Below are positions 16,466-24,919 of a stretch of DNA of 28,818 bases, in pieces; the first letter of the stretch is position 1; each line of letters begins with the position of its first letter. The position numbers were made by a program, and so were the translations under genes. Origin of the DNA: a virus (lineage: Duplodnaviria > Caudoviricetes); IMG/VR virus record IMGVR_UViG_3300022670_000171, positions 1 through 28,818 of that record; one strand, given 5' to 3'. The notes under the pieces were generated by a model. It was not told the origin of the DNA. It was given only the letters and a program-made list of their open reading frames with translations, and ran no database searches.

Positions 16466-16519
16466 CGCGCCAGATGGTTGAGTAATCCCACCGCTTCGGC
16501 TTGCATGGCCTAGGCGCAG
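16466..16519 (-). ncRNA. C4/CI-like antisense leader RNA upstream of the HNH gene
   Basis: Extended -10 TGATATAAT at 16524-16532; GCGCC/GGCGC stem enclosing two hairpins; loop ACTCAA complementary to downstream TTGAGT. Confidence 0.6.
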
Positions 16520-16555
16520 TATGATTATATCACGATTACAGCTGATACAAACCTC

Positions 16556-16984
16556 CTACCAAGCTTGAGCCAGGAGCTTACCGACTTCTGATAACTTAAC
16601 TGTGTTGATGACTTCAGCCGGTGATACAGGAACCACTTTCCGACGATCCATAGGCTTTTTTGGCTTAATAAAAGGATGGTGTTTCGTCGCTCCCTTTATC
16701 TTTGGCATGTCGAGAATAGCTCTAGAGACTGATCGCACAGTGCAATTTACAGCCTCGGCAATGTCTCTTTGGAGCATCCCAGGGCTAAATTTATCGCTGT
16801 TAACGAAATCTTCAATCCTAGTTCTTACGCTTTTCTTTATTTCCTTGATCCCTGTCAAGTCTCCTGCTTTTGCGGCTCTTGACACTGAGACTGTGCTACA
16901 CCCTAATTCTATAGCTACCTCATGCTGCAACAAGAAGGGCTTCTCTTTCATTAGCTTGATTATGCTTTTATGAAGATCTGTCAC
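16556..16984 (-). CDS. Protein with two tandem HTH motifs
   Basis: LQHEVAIELGCSTVSVSRA and LQRDIAEAVNCTVRSVSRA. Confidence 0.7.
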   Translation of the reverse strand: MTDLHKSIIKLMKEKPFLLQHEVAIELGCSTVSVSRAAKAGDLTGIKEIKKSVRTRIEDFVNSDKFSPGMLQRDIAEAVNCTVRSVSRAILDMPKIKGATKHHPFIKPKKPMDRRKVVPVSPAEVINTVKLSEVGKLLAQAW

Positions 16985-17283
16985 GATTTTATCCTCATTA
17001 GCTTGTCCGTTCGAACTTCGCGGGTCTCGCCGTCTTGGCTCTTGATCGTAGCCACGCCTGGAATCAACTCATATAGGAATTCATATTTACGGCCTTCAAG
17101 CGCTACTGAGCTTCCTGCTGTTAGCTTATCCATTATTAATACCCTCCTACAGCTTTAATGATCGCGTCCATAAGGTCTGGGTCTCCTGCGAATAGGATAG
17201 CGCAAGCAAATAAAGCTAAAATAATACCGGCGTCTTGACTCATTATCTTGTCCTCGTGCGCCCCTATGGTAGGGGCTGGTTGG

Positions 17284-17772
17284 TTACTTGATGCGGATTG
17301 ATTTAGCTGTTTTCTCTAGGTGCGCGCCATCAACTTCACCGACTTTAAGCGCAGCAAGCAAAGCCCGCTTATCTATCGAGTAAGTGGCTGGCTTCTCTAC
17401 CGTGAATTTAGGATCAATCGCCCCCTCGGTATCGACAACCGCAATATCTCGACCATTCACTAGCGTTACGGTGAACAAAGGCAGAGTGATCTTTTTCTCG
17501 CCGACCGCTTCCATCCCGAATTTAAGATAGTCGACCAATTGTTGTTTCTTATTGCTGATCACCTTCTTCCGATCAGCAAGACGCTTAATCTCTGCGTCGA
17601 TAACGTCCGTATCCATGTTGTTGATCACGAACACAAGGGACTCCACCTTGTTATTGAACTCACCTGATAGCGCCTCGAACGTGTCTTTAACGTCATCAGC
17701 GGTTAACTCTTCGCGCTCAACCATTAATTCAAGTGCGCGATGTTCTTCTGTGATATTTCGTAATGTAGTCAT
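17284..17772 (-). CDS. Siphovirus Gp157-family protein
   Basis: DTFEALSGEFNNKVE...IDAEIKRLADRKK...IDKRALLAALK.GEVDGAHLE; start MTTLR is TAATG-coupled to Sak. Confidence 0.85.
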   Translation of the reverse strand: MTTLRNITEEHRALELMVEREELTADDVKDTFEALSGEFNNKVESLVFVINNMDTDVIDAEIKRLADRKKVISNKKQQLVDYLKFGMEAVGEKKITLPLFTVTLVNGRDIAVVDTEGAIDPKFTVEKPATYSIDKRALLAALKVGEVDGAHLEKTAKSIRIK

Positions 17773-18212
17773 TATTTCGATTCCTGTTTTGGGATTGCCC
17801 ATTTTGGTAAATTTGGTGTTTGCGCTATAACGTGGGATCGGCCCTGCGCTCTTAGCGGCACCCATTCGTTGGGTAGGTAGTAAAGATACCGGCCTACACC
17901 CCATAAGACAGCAGCTCGCTTGAACGCATCTGAGAACTGGCCTTTCTCGCCTTCAATATCAGTAGCGCCCGCGCCGTTAGATCTCCATAACCATTCGTCG
18001 TTGATCTTAATCCCGATCCGGCAGCAGCCCTCAAAAGGATATTCAACTTGCCAGCCATCACCGCAAACATCATCTAGCCGCTTCATTACGTCTCGAGCAT
18101 TAAGATAAGCAAGCGCGATTCCTTTTGATTTGTCTTTAGTCGTCGCACCTACTCGCCAGCTAATAGCTTTAGGATCGAAAGGCTGTTTTAGTTGCTCGGT
18201 GATTGTTGGCAT
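17772..18212 (-). CDS. Sak/Rad52-family single-strand annealing recombinase
   Basis: LKQPF..ISWRV...AYLNARDVMKRLDDVCG...EKGQFSDAFKRAAVLWGVGRYLY. Confidence 0.92.
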   Translation of the reverse strand: MPTITEQLKQPFDPKAISWRVGATTKDKSKGIALAYLNARDVMKRLDDVCGDGWQVEYPFEGCCRIGIKINDEWLWRSNGAGATDIEGEKGQFSDAFKRAAVLWGVGRYLYYLPNEWVPLRAQGRSHVIAQTPNLPKWAIPKQESK

Positions 18213-18345
18213 AAAGCCCCCTGTACCTGCTCTAGCTCGTACTGAGCGTTAAAACCACGATCATAGCTATCCGTCATGCCTTCTTTGTGCGGAATGCCTT
18301 TAGCGCAATCCTGCTGCCCTTTAAGAAACTCGGTTGCATCAATCA

Positions 18346-18645
18346 TCACAGGTTTCTCCGCGTTGCTTCGTCATTAAGCGTGTCGTGTACGCACTGGTTT
18401 ATATCGTCAGCCATCGTTAGCGCAAAAGTCCAATACGCCGCGTCTTTTCTGTTACCCATAGGGCCTTTTAATTCATCGTCTAGCTCATCGTCGGAAAGGC
18501 CAAGCAACCCAAAGATTTCCTCGCCAATAAACACAAGGTCTAATGATTTCTTTTCGTTAAAGTCCCAATCGTTGATGTCCTCGCCTAGCGTAAACAGCTC
18601 TATATTGCCTCGAACGACTTTTTCGATTGCTGCTAATTTGTTCAT
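18346..18645 (-). CDS. Hypothetical protein
   Basis: GAGGA RBS before MNKLAA. Confidence 0.6.
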   Translation of the reverse strand: MNKLAAIEKVVRGNIELFTLGEDINDWDFNEKKSLDLVFIGEEIFGLLGLSDDELDDELKGPMGNRKDAAYWTFALTMADDINQCVHDTLNDEATRRNL

Positions 18646-18702
18646 GCCTTGATCCTCGTTGTGGTTATACCAGCTAAACCGCAATTAAGCGGCTTGTCGG
18701 AG

Positions 18703-19053
18703 TTAGGTTCTGGCCATAAGTCCGATTAGACGGTCTAGGGGGTCATTATCTTTAACTCCAAATTCTTCAACCATAGATTCAAGCGTCACACCATCAGACC
18801 AACTACCGCTGAATTCAATATTTACCTCAGTATCGCCAGTCATTTTGAACTCACCTCCTTTGTATCCGCAGTAAGTTTCATTGAGAGCGCTTTTAGCTGC
18901 ATCTAGCATCAAACCGAAGGTTGTCTTTCCTACAGGCTCGAAAGCCAGCTCATCATAGCTGCCCCTCCATGAGTGAGGATTGCCTAGACCGTTCTTCACT
19001 TCTTTTGCTGGGTCTTGCTTCTGAAGAAGTTCGATGTATTCAGATAAGTTCAT
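18703..19053 (-). CDS. Hypothetical phage protein, first gene of the leftward arm
   Basis: NPHSWRGSYDELAFEP...GYKGGEFKM motif. Confidence 0.75.
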   Translation of the reverse strand: MNLSEYIELLQKQDPAKEVKNGLGNPHSWRGSYDELAFEPVGKTTFGLMLDAAKSALNETYCGYKGGEFKMTGDTEVNIEFSGSWSDGVTLESMVEEFGVKDNDPLDRLIGLMART

Positions 19054-19091
19054 CTCTATGTTTCTCGTTGTTGTGTTCGTTTGATGCGCTA

Positions 19092-19191
19092 ACTATAGAC
19101 TAATGAAACGTAATGTAAACTAAAACCTACTCGGTATGGTTATTTTATTTATACGTTTTGCTATTGCGCTGCTTTACTCATGTGCTACTAT
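19092..19191. promoter_or_regulatory. Divergent sigma70-like promoters
   Basis: Minus TTTACA-16-TATAGT (19119-19092); plus TTGCGC-16-TACTAT with extended TG (19164-19191). Confidence 0.6.
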
Positions 19192-19224
19192 CTACCTCAT
19201 AAATCAAATAACCGAGGACGTGTA

Positions 19225-19440
19225 ATGGCAAAGCCAAAAGTAATTAGTAAAGATGAGCATTTAGATCTTGCTCGCCTATGGGTATTTCAGAACCACAAGA
19301 CAGTAACCGAAGCGGCCAAGCAGCTAGGAATTAGCAGACAGACACTAACCAATGCGCTTAACGGCGTCACGCCTATGCCAGCGACGATATATAACGCGCT
19401 CGGATACAAGGCTGAAACTTCGTATGTAAAAGAGGGTTAA
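19225..19440 (+). CDS. Cro-like HTH regulator
   Basis: TVTEAAKQLGISRQTLTNALNG HTH; first gene of the rightward arm. Confidence 0.8.
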   Translation: MAKPKVISKDEHLDLARLWVFQNHKTVTEAAKQLGISRQTLTNALNGVTPMPATIYNALGYKAETSYVKEG

Positions 19441-19635
19441 ATGATGGTTGATAAAGCTCTATACGCAACATCAGCGGCCATGGCTATTGTGGCTATTATC
19501 TCAGCTGCATATTTTGGCTTCATAGTCGGCAAAGAGCGCGGCGTCGAGGATGTTTATCTAGACTGTCGCGACCGAGGCTTTACCGTATTTCACGGGGTTA
19601 AGTACCCTTGTGGGGCTCCAAGCAATAAGGGGTAA
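19441..19635 (+). CDS. Small membrane-anchored protein
   Basis: N-terminal hydrophobic helix. Confidence 0.55.
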   Translation: MMVDKALYATSAAMAIVAIISAAYFGFIVGKERGVEDVYLDCRDRGFTVFHGVKYPCGAPSNKG

Positions 19636-19640
19636 TTGAT

Positions 19641-19883
19641 ATGGCAAACAGAAACATTCTGCACAAATCGAAGTTATTAGAATTCAAACAGTGGCTTATT
19701 AAAAACGGTCACAGGCTTTTAGATGAGCGCGCTTACCACGAAGTATGCCGCTGGAAAGGCGAGAAAGGCGAGGCTATGCCGATAATCTTTAGCGGGGATA
19801 GCAGTGAGCATTATTCAGCAAACCATAGCGCGACTCGGTACGTTCGTGCGTTTATCTCTGATAGCAATAAGGGAGAGGGTTAA
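19641..19883 (+). CDS. Hypothetical phage protein
   Basis: MANRNILHKSKLLEFKQWL start motif; GGGG RBS. Confidence 0.7.
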   Translation: MANRNILHKSKLLEFKQWLIKNGHRLLDERAYHEVCRWKGEKGEAMPIIFSGDSSEHYSANHSATRYVRAFISDSNKGEG

Positions 19884-20242
19884 TGAGCAACGTCAGGATT
19901 GAAGCGACAATTAAAGACCTAAAGAAATGGGCTGATGAAGCCCTTGAAGAGCACCGCTATCTGGAGGTGGAAGGCTACAAGATGGCCATCAACTCTATCG
20001 AGGTTAGGGATTTGATAATAAGCAGGCTTAAAGATCGGGTTAAAAACTTAGAACAGAAGCAAAAACAGCACGAAACTGACCTGCTTAACAAGATAGCTAA
20101 ACCGATAGCGACCAGGTTCTTTTATTGGTGGCACAATCAGCCAGGATCTAATACAGAGTCGGGCTTTGATGACTGGTGGGTATCAAAAGAAGCTCGCAGC
20201 ATTGTTTCTGAAATTACTGACAGAAAAGAGGCTAAATCATGA
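19883..20242 (+). CDS. Hypothetical protein
   Basis: TAATG coupling; FFYWWHNQPGSNTESGFDDWW motif. Confidence 0.65.
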   Translation: MSNVRIEATIKDLKKWADEALEEHRYLEVEGYKMAINSIEVRDLIISRLKDRVKNLEQKQKQHETDLLNKIAKPIATRFFYWWHNQPGSNTESGFDDWWVSKEARSIVSEITDRKEAKS

Positions 20243-20354
20243 GTCTGTTAATAGCGTGTTTATTGCTTAGTCACATGGATGCAGCCTGGGGTTGGTATTT
20301 GCCTACGGTGTCTGTGTGGGGTTGTTGTGTGTATATGAAATATTGGAATCGATA

Positions 20355-20810
20355 ATGCCAAAGCCTGACAGTAAGAAATACCTAGTGACCACTGACAACG
20401 CGCCTACGGTGATTCAATCGGTTATCGAGATGATTCAGCGTGGGGTTTGTTCAGGGGCTGTACTGGTCACCCTAGGCCGCGAGAAACGCACAAATGCACA
20501 GAACGCTAAGCAATGGCCGATGCTCCAAGATATTTCAGACCAGGTCGTTCATTTTGAGCGGAAATACTCCAAGGAAGACTGGAAGGAAATTTTAACGGCT
20601 GGGCTTAATAGTCAGCGGCTAGTACCTGGCACCGACGGCGGTCTAGTTGCTATCGGCGGACGGACTAGCGAATTCAGCAAGGAAAAGTTTTCAGAATACA
20701 TAGAGTTTCTTTATTGGTGGGGCCAAGAGAATAGCGTTAATTGGTCGGGAAAGTCGGTAGAGATTTATGAGGAGTACGAGGCTTATGCTAAAGCAAAAGA
20801 GAATAGTTAA
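20355..20810 (+). CDS. ninB: NinB-family recombination protein
   Basis: KRTNAQNAKQWPMLQDISDQV...EDWK...VPGTDGG.V.IG.RTS.FSKEKFSEYIE. Confidence 0.9.
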   Translation: MPKPDSKKYLVTTDNAPTVIQSVIEMIQRGVCSGAVLVTLGREKRTNAQNAKQWPMLQDISDQVVHFERKYSKEDWKEILTAGLNSQRLVPGTDGGLVAIGGRTSEFSKEKFSEYIEFLYWWGQENSVNWSGKSVEIYEEYEAYAKAKENS

Positions 20811-21495
20811 GGACTCTCCAAAGACGGGATCAGTAAGCAGAGGGGTGATAGGAAAAGCCATCAAAGAGGTTAAGGCTAACAAAACTAAACGCTGTAAGTT
20901 CTGCAAAGAACCGTGCTTAGTCGATGGTGGAATACAGACCATGCGCGGCTTCTTTTGCGATTACGATAATTGCATGAAGGGAGAGCTAGCCAAGATCAAC
21001 GAGCGCAAGAAGAAGAAAGCCAGTGTCGAGTTTAACCGCGAGACTAAGCGCATGAAGGCCAAGATCGATGTTTCCGATGTTAGATACCAGCACGCGCTAA
21101 CCCAGAAGGTATTTAACCGGCTTCGGGTATTGCAGGAGCTAAAGTGGTTTAGTGATCGAGAGTTGGCGCCGGTATGCATCTGCTGCCAAAACCCGCTAGG
21201 CAATGATCAATGGTGCCATGGCCACTTTAAGTCAGTAGGCTCTAACAGCGCGCTACGGTACGACTTCAAGAATGGATACCTAACTCATAACCGTAACTGC
21301 AATATGGCTAAGAGCGGCGATATACAAGGTCTTAAGAATGGTCTATTGATGCGGTTCGGTGAAAAAGAAGGCCTGGCAATTATCGAATACTGCGAGACTC
21401 ACGAAAGGAGCCGCAAGTATACCGGTGAGGAACTTATCGGGATGCGTAAAGATTTCAGCAGGCAGATACGCGAAATTGAAAACAGCACGCTATGA
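20785..21495 (+). CDS. ninG: NinG/Rap-family endonuclease
   Basis: CKFC N-terminal finger, TQKVFN, CICC...GHFKSVGS..LRYD..N....RNCN..KSG. Confidence 0.85.
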   Translation: MLKQKRIVKDSPKTGSVSRGVIGKAIKEVKANKTKRCKFCKEPCLVDGGIQTMRGFFCDYDNCMKGELAKINERKKKKASVEFNRETKRMKAKIDVSDVRYQHALTQKVFNRLRVLQELKWFSDRELAPVCICCQNPLGNDQWCHGHFKSVGSNSALRYDFKNGYLTHNRNCNMAKSGDIQGLKNGLLMRFGEKEGLAIIEYCETHERSRKYTGEELIGMRKDFSRQIREIENSTL

Positions 21496-21504
21496 GGATT
21501 TGTT

Positions 21505-22029
21505 ATGTTTAAGATAACCTTGGTGGAAGACGCTCGTGTGTTCGCGGCACTAGCTCACAGAGGACAAGTACGAAAGTACACTGGCGAGCCGTATGTCACG
21601 CACCCTATCGCAGTGGCTAAGATAGTTGCTAGCGTTACCGGTGATCAGGAAATGATTGCAGCTGCGCTCCTGCATGACGTGGTTGAGGATACGGCCGTTA
21701 CTATTGAAGAGATTGAATCTCGGTTTGGCGGTCTTGTTGCTTTGTATGTTGAAAACTTGACCGACATATCATGCCTAGATGACGGATTCAGGGCTGCGAG
21801 AAAGGCAGTTGATCGCGCTCACACTGCCATAGCTGTACCCGAGGCCAAGACGATCAAGCTAGCCGATTTGATCCACAATTCATCTTCTATTCTTGAGCAT
21901 GATAAGCGGTTCGCTAAAATTTACATGGCAGAGAAAAGATTGCTGCTTGATGAGTCGCTAAAAGAAGGCCACGGGGGTTTGTGGCTGCTAGCCGATTCTA
22001 TAGTCCAAGACTATTACGGAAGTGTTTAA
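21505..22029 (+). CDS. HD-domain hydrolase, SpoT/Mesh1 small alarmone hydrolase-like
   Basis: AH.GQ.RK..GEPY..HP, AALLHDVVEDT, V..LTD, IKLADLIHN. Confidence 0.88.
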   Translation: MFKITLVEDARVFAALAHRGQVRKYTGEPYVTHPIAVAKIVASVTGDQEMIAAALLHDVVEDTAVTIEEIESRFGGLVALYVENLTDISCLDDGFRAARKAVDRAHTAIAVPEAKTIKLADLIHNSSSILEHDKRFAKIYMAEKRLLLDESLKEGHGGLWLLADSIVQDYYGSV

Positions 22030-22096
22030 CGTATCACTACCCCCGATTAACCTGCTGTGCCTTTCGCCAGCTTATATTTTTTATAAGGAAACGACG

Positions 22097-22516
22097 ATGA
22101 GTTTAATTCCAGATGAAGCCCTATATTATGACGTAAAAAATCAGGAATACGGGTTTGAAATACGTTTCTTCAACGCCATAGCGGAGTGCCCTGCTAACAC
22201 TCCGGTTACCCATATTGGTGATTTCCCGAAGCAACTCGGCATGTCAGGATATATCGGTGATGCCGATGATCATCTCTCTGACCCTAAGCAAGAAGAACCG
22301 CGCGAGTTCTCACATTACTTCAAAGAGATTGTACCGGGCGTGAGTGTTGATGTTTATCAGGTATGTGATGCGTTCAAGATGCCGGCCGCGGTAGATCATG
22401 CGGTCAAGAAATGCTTAGCATCGGGTAATCGAGGGTATAAGGACCAGCGGCAGGATATTGAAGAGGCCATTAAAAGCCTTCGTCGCCAGTTAGAAATTAT
22501 TGATGTTTGGGCTTAG
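22097..22516 (+). CDS. Protein with C-terminal DUF3310-like domain
   Basis: SHYF...VDVYQV..AF...DHAVKKCLASGNRGYKD..QDIEEAIKSLRR. Confidence 0.7.
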   Translation: MSLIPDEALYYDVKNQEYGFEIRFFNAIAECPANTPVTHIGDFPKQLGMSGYIGDADDHLSDPKQEEPREFSHYFKEIVPGVSVDVYQVCDAFKMPAAVDHAVKKCLASGNRGYKDQRQDIEEAIKSLRRQLEIIDVWA

Positions 22517-22736
22517 AACGCCGGTCTTCCTTCGCTAGCTTGATGTTGTTTAGCTTGATTTCCTGATAGGTCTTGTAGATAAACATCATGCTGGCGACTA
22601 CAGATACAGCACCAACAATAAACGGCATGTATCCCGGTGCAGCGCTAACCCCTACAACTCCCACCGCAGTATTTACCGCATGTTTCACAGGTGCCGCAGC
22701 TACGCTCTGGACTGCTACGCTCGCTATTGTGATCAC
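22497..22736 (-). CDS. Putative holin-like small membrane protein
   Basis: Hydrophobic helix, basic C-terminus, end of the lysis operon. Confidence 0.5.
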   Translation of the reverse strand: MITIASVAVQSVAAAPVKHAVNTAVGVVGVSAAPGYMPFIVGAVSVVASMMFIYKTYQEIKLNNIKLAKEDRRSKPKHQ

Positions 22737-23230
22737 TTTCTTTGACCGTTCTTAATGCAATATGTATCGATAATACCAGTAGCCCGACAAAAAACAGCAA
22801 GCTTGCTAAGACTTCCATAAATTCCATCAGTGAGCCTTTTAGACAGTAGAATTAATACCTCGAGTAAATAAAGAGCAATGGTCAAATAATAGTGGAGGTT
22901 TTGGCTATAACCGTTAATGTCCAGCCAGTACCCCATGGCGTTTAATGAAATTGCAAATATATTAAGGATCATCACCAGGATAGCTACTTTGCTAAATCCG
23001 ATATACGCAGACATAACAAAGGACAAACAGACAATGACAAGCAGATTAAACAGAGACTGGAAGGCGAAAAAGTTGGCTAGCTCGAAAGCATTACCAACCC
23101 ATGTTAACGATACAACAACGTTAAGGACGTAAACTAATAGCGCAACCTGAGCCACATAGAACCGGTCTGACCCGATCTTTGTGAAGGATACGCAAATAAT
23201 AAGCCCTATAATCCCCAACGCCATTTCCAT
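22733..23230 (-). CDS. Multi-pass membrane protein in the lysis region
   Basis: About five hydrophobic segments. Confidence 0.65.
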   Translation of the reverse strand: MEMALGIIGLIICVSFTKIGSDRFYVAQVALLVYVLNVVVSLTWVGNAFELANFFAFQSLFNLLVIVCLSFVMSAYIGFSKVAILVMILNIFAISLNAMGYWLDINGYSQNLHYYLTIALYLLEVLILLSKRLTDGIYGSLSKLAVFCRATGIIDTYCIKNGQRK

Positions 23231-23286
23231 TATCGTTTAGTGCCTTTGCGTGGCTTCTTCTTTGGCTTCTTTCGTGGCATTACCAT
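23230..23286 (-). CDS. 18-aa Lys/Arg-rich micro-peptide MVMPRKKPKKKPRKGTKR
   Basis: GAGGG RBS; TAATG overlap with the membrane protein gene. Confidence 0.6.
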   Translation of the reverse strand: MVMPRKKPKKKPRKGTKR

Positions 23287-23325
23287 TTTAAACCCTCGTT
23301 TAATTGTTGTTACATTGTAACGATA

Positions 23326-23997
23326 TTAGAACGCGCCAACAAGAAGCTTGCCAAGGCCTAAGATGATCGAGATATCAATCATGCTTTCAGACGTGTTTTT
23401 CATGGCCAGTTCAAAGCGACCGGGAGCAGCTAGTAATGCGTATTTGTGGCCAAGCTCTAAATACTCCGCGGCTTTCTCGGGGTCTGACTCATCGAATGCC
23501 ACGGCAAGCTCAAAGAGCTGTTTCGAGAAAATCGCAGCCTGACACTCTGACGACACGCCGCCGAGGCTAAAGCCACCATCCATACCTTGAGCGGCTAATA
23601 CGTTGACGCACTCGGTCGCAATGCCTGCAATGGCGCTGGCCACTGGGATCTCCGCCTCGTTAGTCGTATTGGTCGTGGTGATTACGTTGCCGCCAGAGTC
23701 GCCGCCTTTAGCCTTAGAGCTACCGCCGTATGCTCGTGAGCTGCCACCGTAGGCTTTTGCGTCACCGGTTGATACATTCGTACCACCTACGATAACCTTT
23801 GAGCCACCTACCATCACAGACGTTCGCGAGCTTGAGCCAGATACCGCGCCAGCAATAGCGCCTGCTGCTGCACCTGCGATAGCTTGACTGTCGTTACTGG
23901 ACGGGCCGTTATTGTTGCCGCCACCAGGCTGAGCCAGTGCAGGGATTGCGAACAGTGACGCCAGAACCAGAAGCATTAGTGCTTTTAGTGATTTCAT
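23326..23997 (-). CDS. Exported Gly/Ser-rich protein with signal peptide and hydrophobic C-terminus
   Basis: MKSLKALMLLVLASLFAIPALA signal with A-x-A site; AYGGSS repeats; two Cys. Confidence 0.7.
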   Translation of the reverse strand: MKSLKALMLLVLASLFAIPALAQPGGGNNNGPSSNDSQAIAGAAAGAIAGAVSGSSSRTSVMVGGSKVIVGGTNVSTGDAKAYGGSSRAYGGSSKAKGGDSGGNVITTTNTTNEAEIPVASAIAGIATECVNVLAAQGMDGGFSLGGVSSECQAAIFSKQLFELAVAFDESDPEKAAEYLELGHKYALLAAPGRFELAMKNTSESMIDISIILGLGKLLVGAF

Positions 23998-24002
23998 ATT
24001 AT

Positions 24003-24368
24003 TTACTCTTCAGTTAATTTAAAAATTCCGTTATCTCTTGCTTTCCCGCCGCCTAGTGCTAGCGTTGCGACAAACCAAGTTCTTGCTCTGAACCAATATC
24101 CGTCACGCTTAAGGACATCAGATAATACTGTTGATGCTTGCCAGTTAGTACATAACGTACCGTCGAAGAAACACCCGTTACGGCACATCTCGTCATGGAT
24201 CCACCAAGCCTCTGAGTTAATGTCCCATGCTCCTGTGGCTCCGTCTGAGCGCCTTCCGCTAGGAATCCTTACGTCATTTCCGTATCTAGTATTATATTCG
24301 ATACGGTCAACTAGGAAATACGGTTTGTCAGGATCTCCATCGGCATCGATCATATACCTAGCTGTCAT
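24003..24368 (-). CDS. DUF1353-like protein
   Basis: IPSG..SDGAT...AWWIHD.MC pattern, next to the endolysin. Confidence 0.65.
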   Translation of the reverse strand: MTARYMIDADGDPDKPYFLVDRIEYNTRYGNDVRIPSGRRSDGATGAWDINSEAWWIHDEMCRNGCFFDGTLCTNWQASTVLSDVLKRDGYWFRARTWFVATLALGGGKARDNGIFKLTEE

Positions 24369-24369
24369 A

Positions 24370-24666
24370 TTACTCGCCCCAAGAATAGTGGTTCCCGTCT
24401 TTTCGCTTAAAGTCTCCGCCCCATGTTCCGCCGATAGACTTCCAGTAGGCACCTAGCTCAGAATGCGCCTCAGTTGAGGTTAGGTATTCGCTATCCTTGA
24501 ATAGGTTCAAGTCAATCGCCAGCCGCTTATAGTGGAATGAATTATTGCTGTGACCGTCGGTTGCCATTGCGTCACCAAGGGTTAGTTCGTACCCGAGGTA
24601 ATACGCATGATTGATAAGCATTCCTACGGCTCTGGTGAATTCTCTTTGTTGCGATCCTAAAGACAT
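24370..24666 (-). CDS. Endolysin, M15-family (L-Ala-D-Glu type) peptidase
   Basis: SFHYKRLAIDLNLFK...LGAYWKSIGGTWGGDF..DGNHYS. Confidence 0.9.
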   Translation of the reverse strand: MSLGSQQREFTRAVGMLINHAYYLGYELTLGDAMATDGHSNNSFHYKRLAIDLNLFKDSEYLTSTEAHSELGAYWKSIGGTWGGDFKRKDGNHYSWGE

Positions 24667-24667
24667 A

Positions 24668-24919
24668 TCAACCCCTTAAAGCTGCTATCTGATCGTCTAT
24701 ATTCTGAAGCCAAGCCTTGCCCTCGTCTGTTAACGCCGCCTCCCTCATTCTACGAGGAGTTACGGTAGCTTCAAGCTCTTGAATTTGATTAACAGCATCG
24801 ACAGAATTTATAAAATCCAACCATTCTTGTGACTCTTCGTCTACAGCTTCGGTTGATTGGCTGTTAGGCCATTTCGTGTAGCCACTAATCAGCCCCGCAT
24901 CATTTCTGGTTACAAACAT
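24668..24919 (-). CDS. Small tail-fibre-associated protein (possible chaperone)
   Basis: TAATG-coupled to the fibre gene; QIQELEATVTPRRMREA...IAALR. Confidence 0.55.
   Translation of the reverse strand: MFVTRNDAGLISGYTKWPNSQSTEAVDEESQEWLDFINSVDAVNQIQELEATVTPRRMREAALTDEGKAWLQNIDDQIAALRG

Noticed and set aside
22645-22827. Overlapping Cys-rich ORF as a nested spanin
   Set aside because: No lipobox and no clear RBS; overlaps two better-supported genes.
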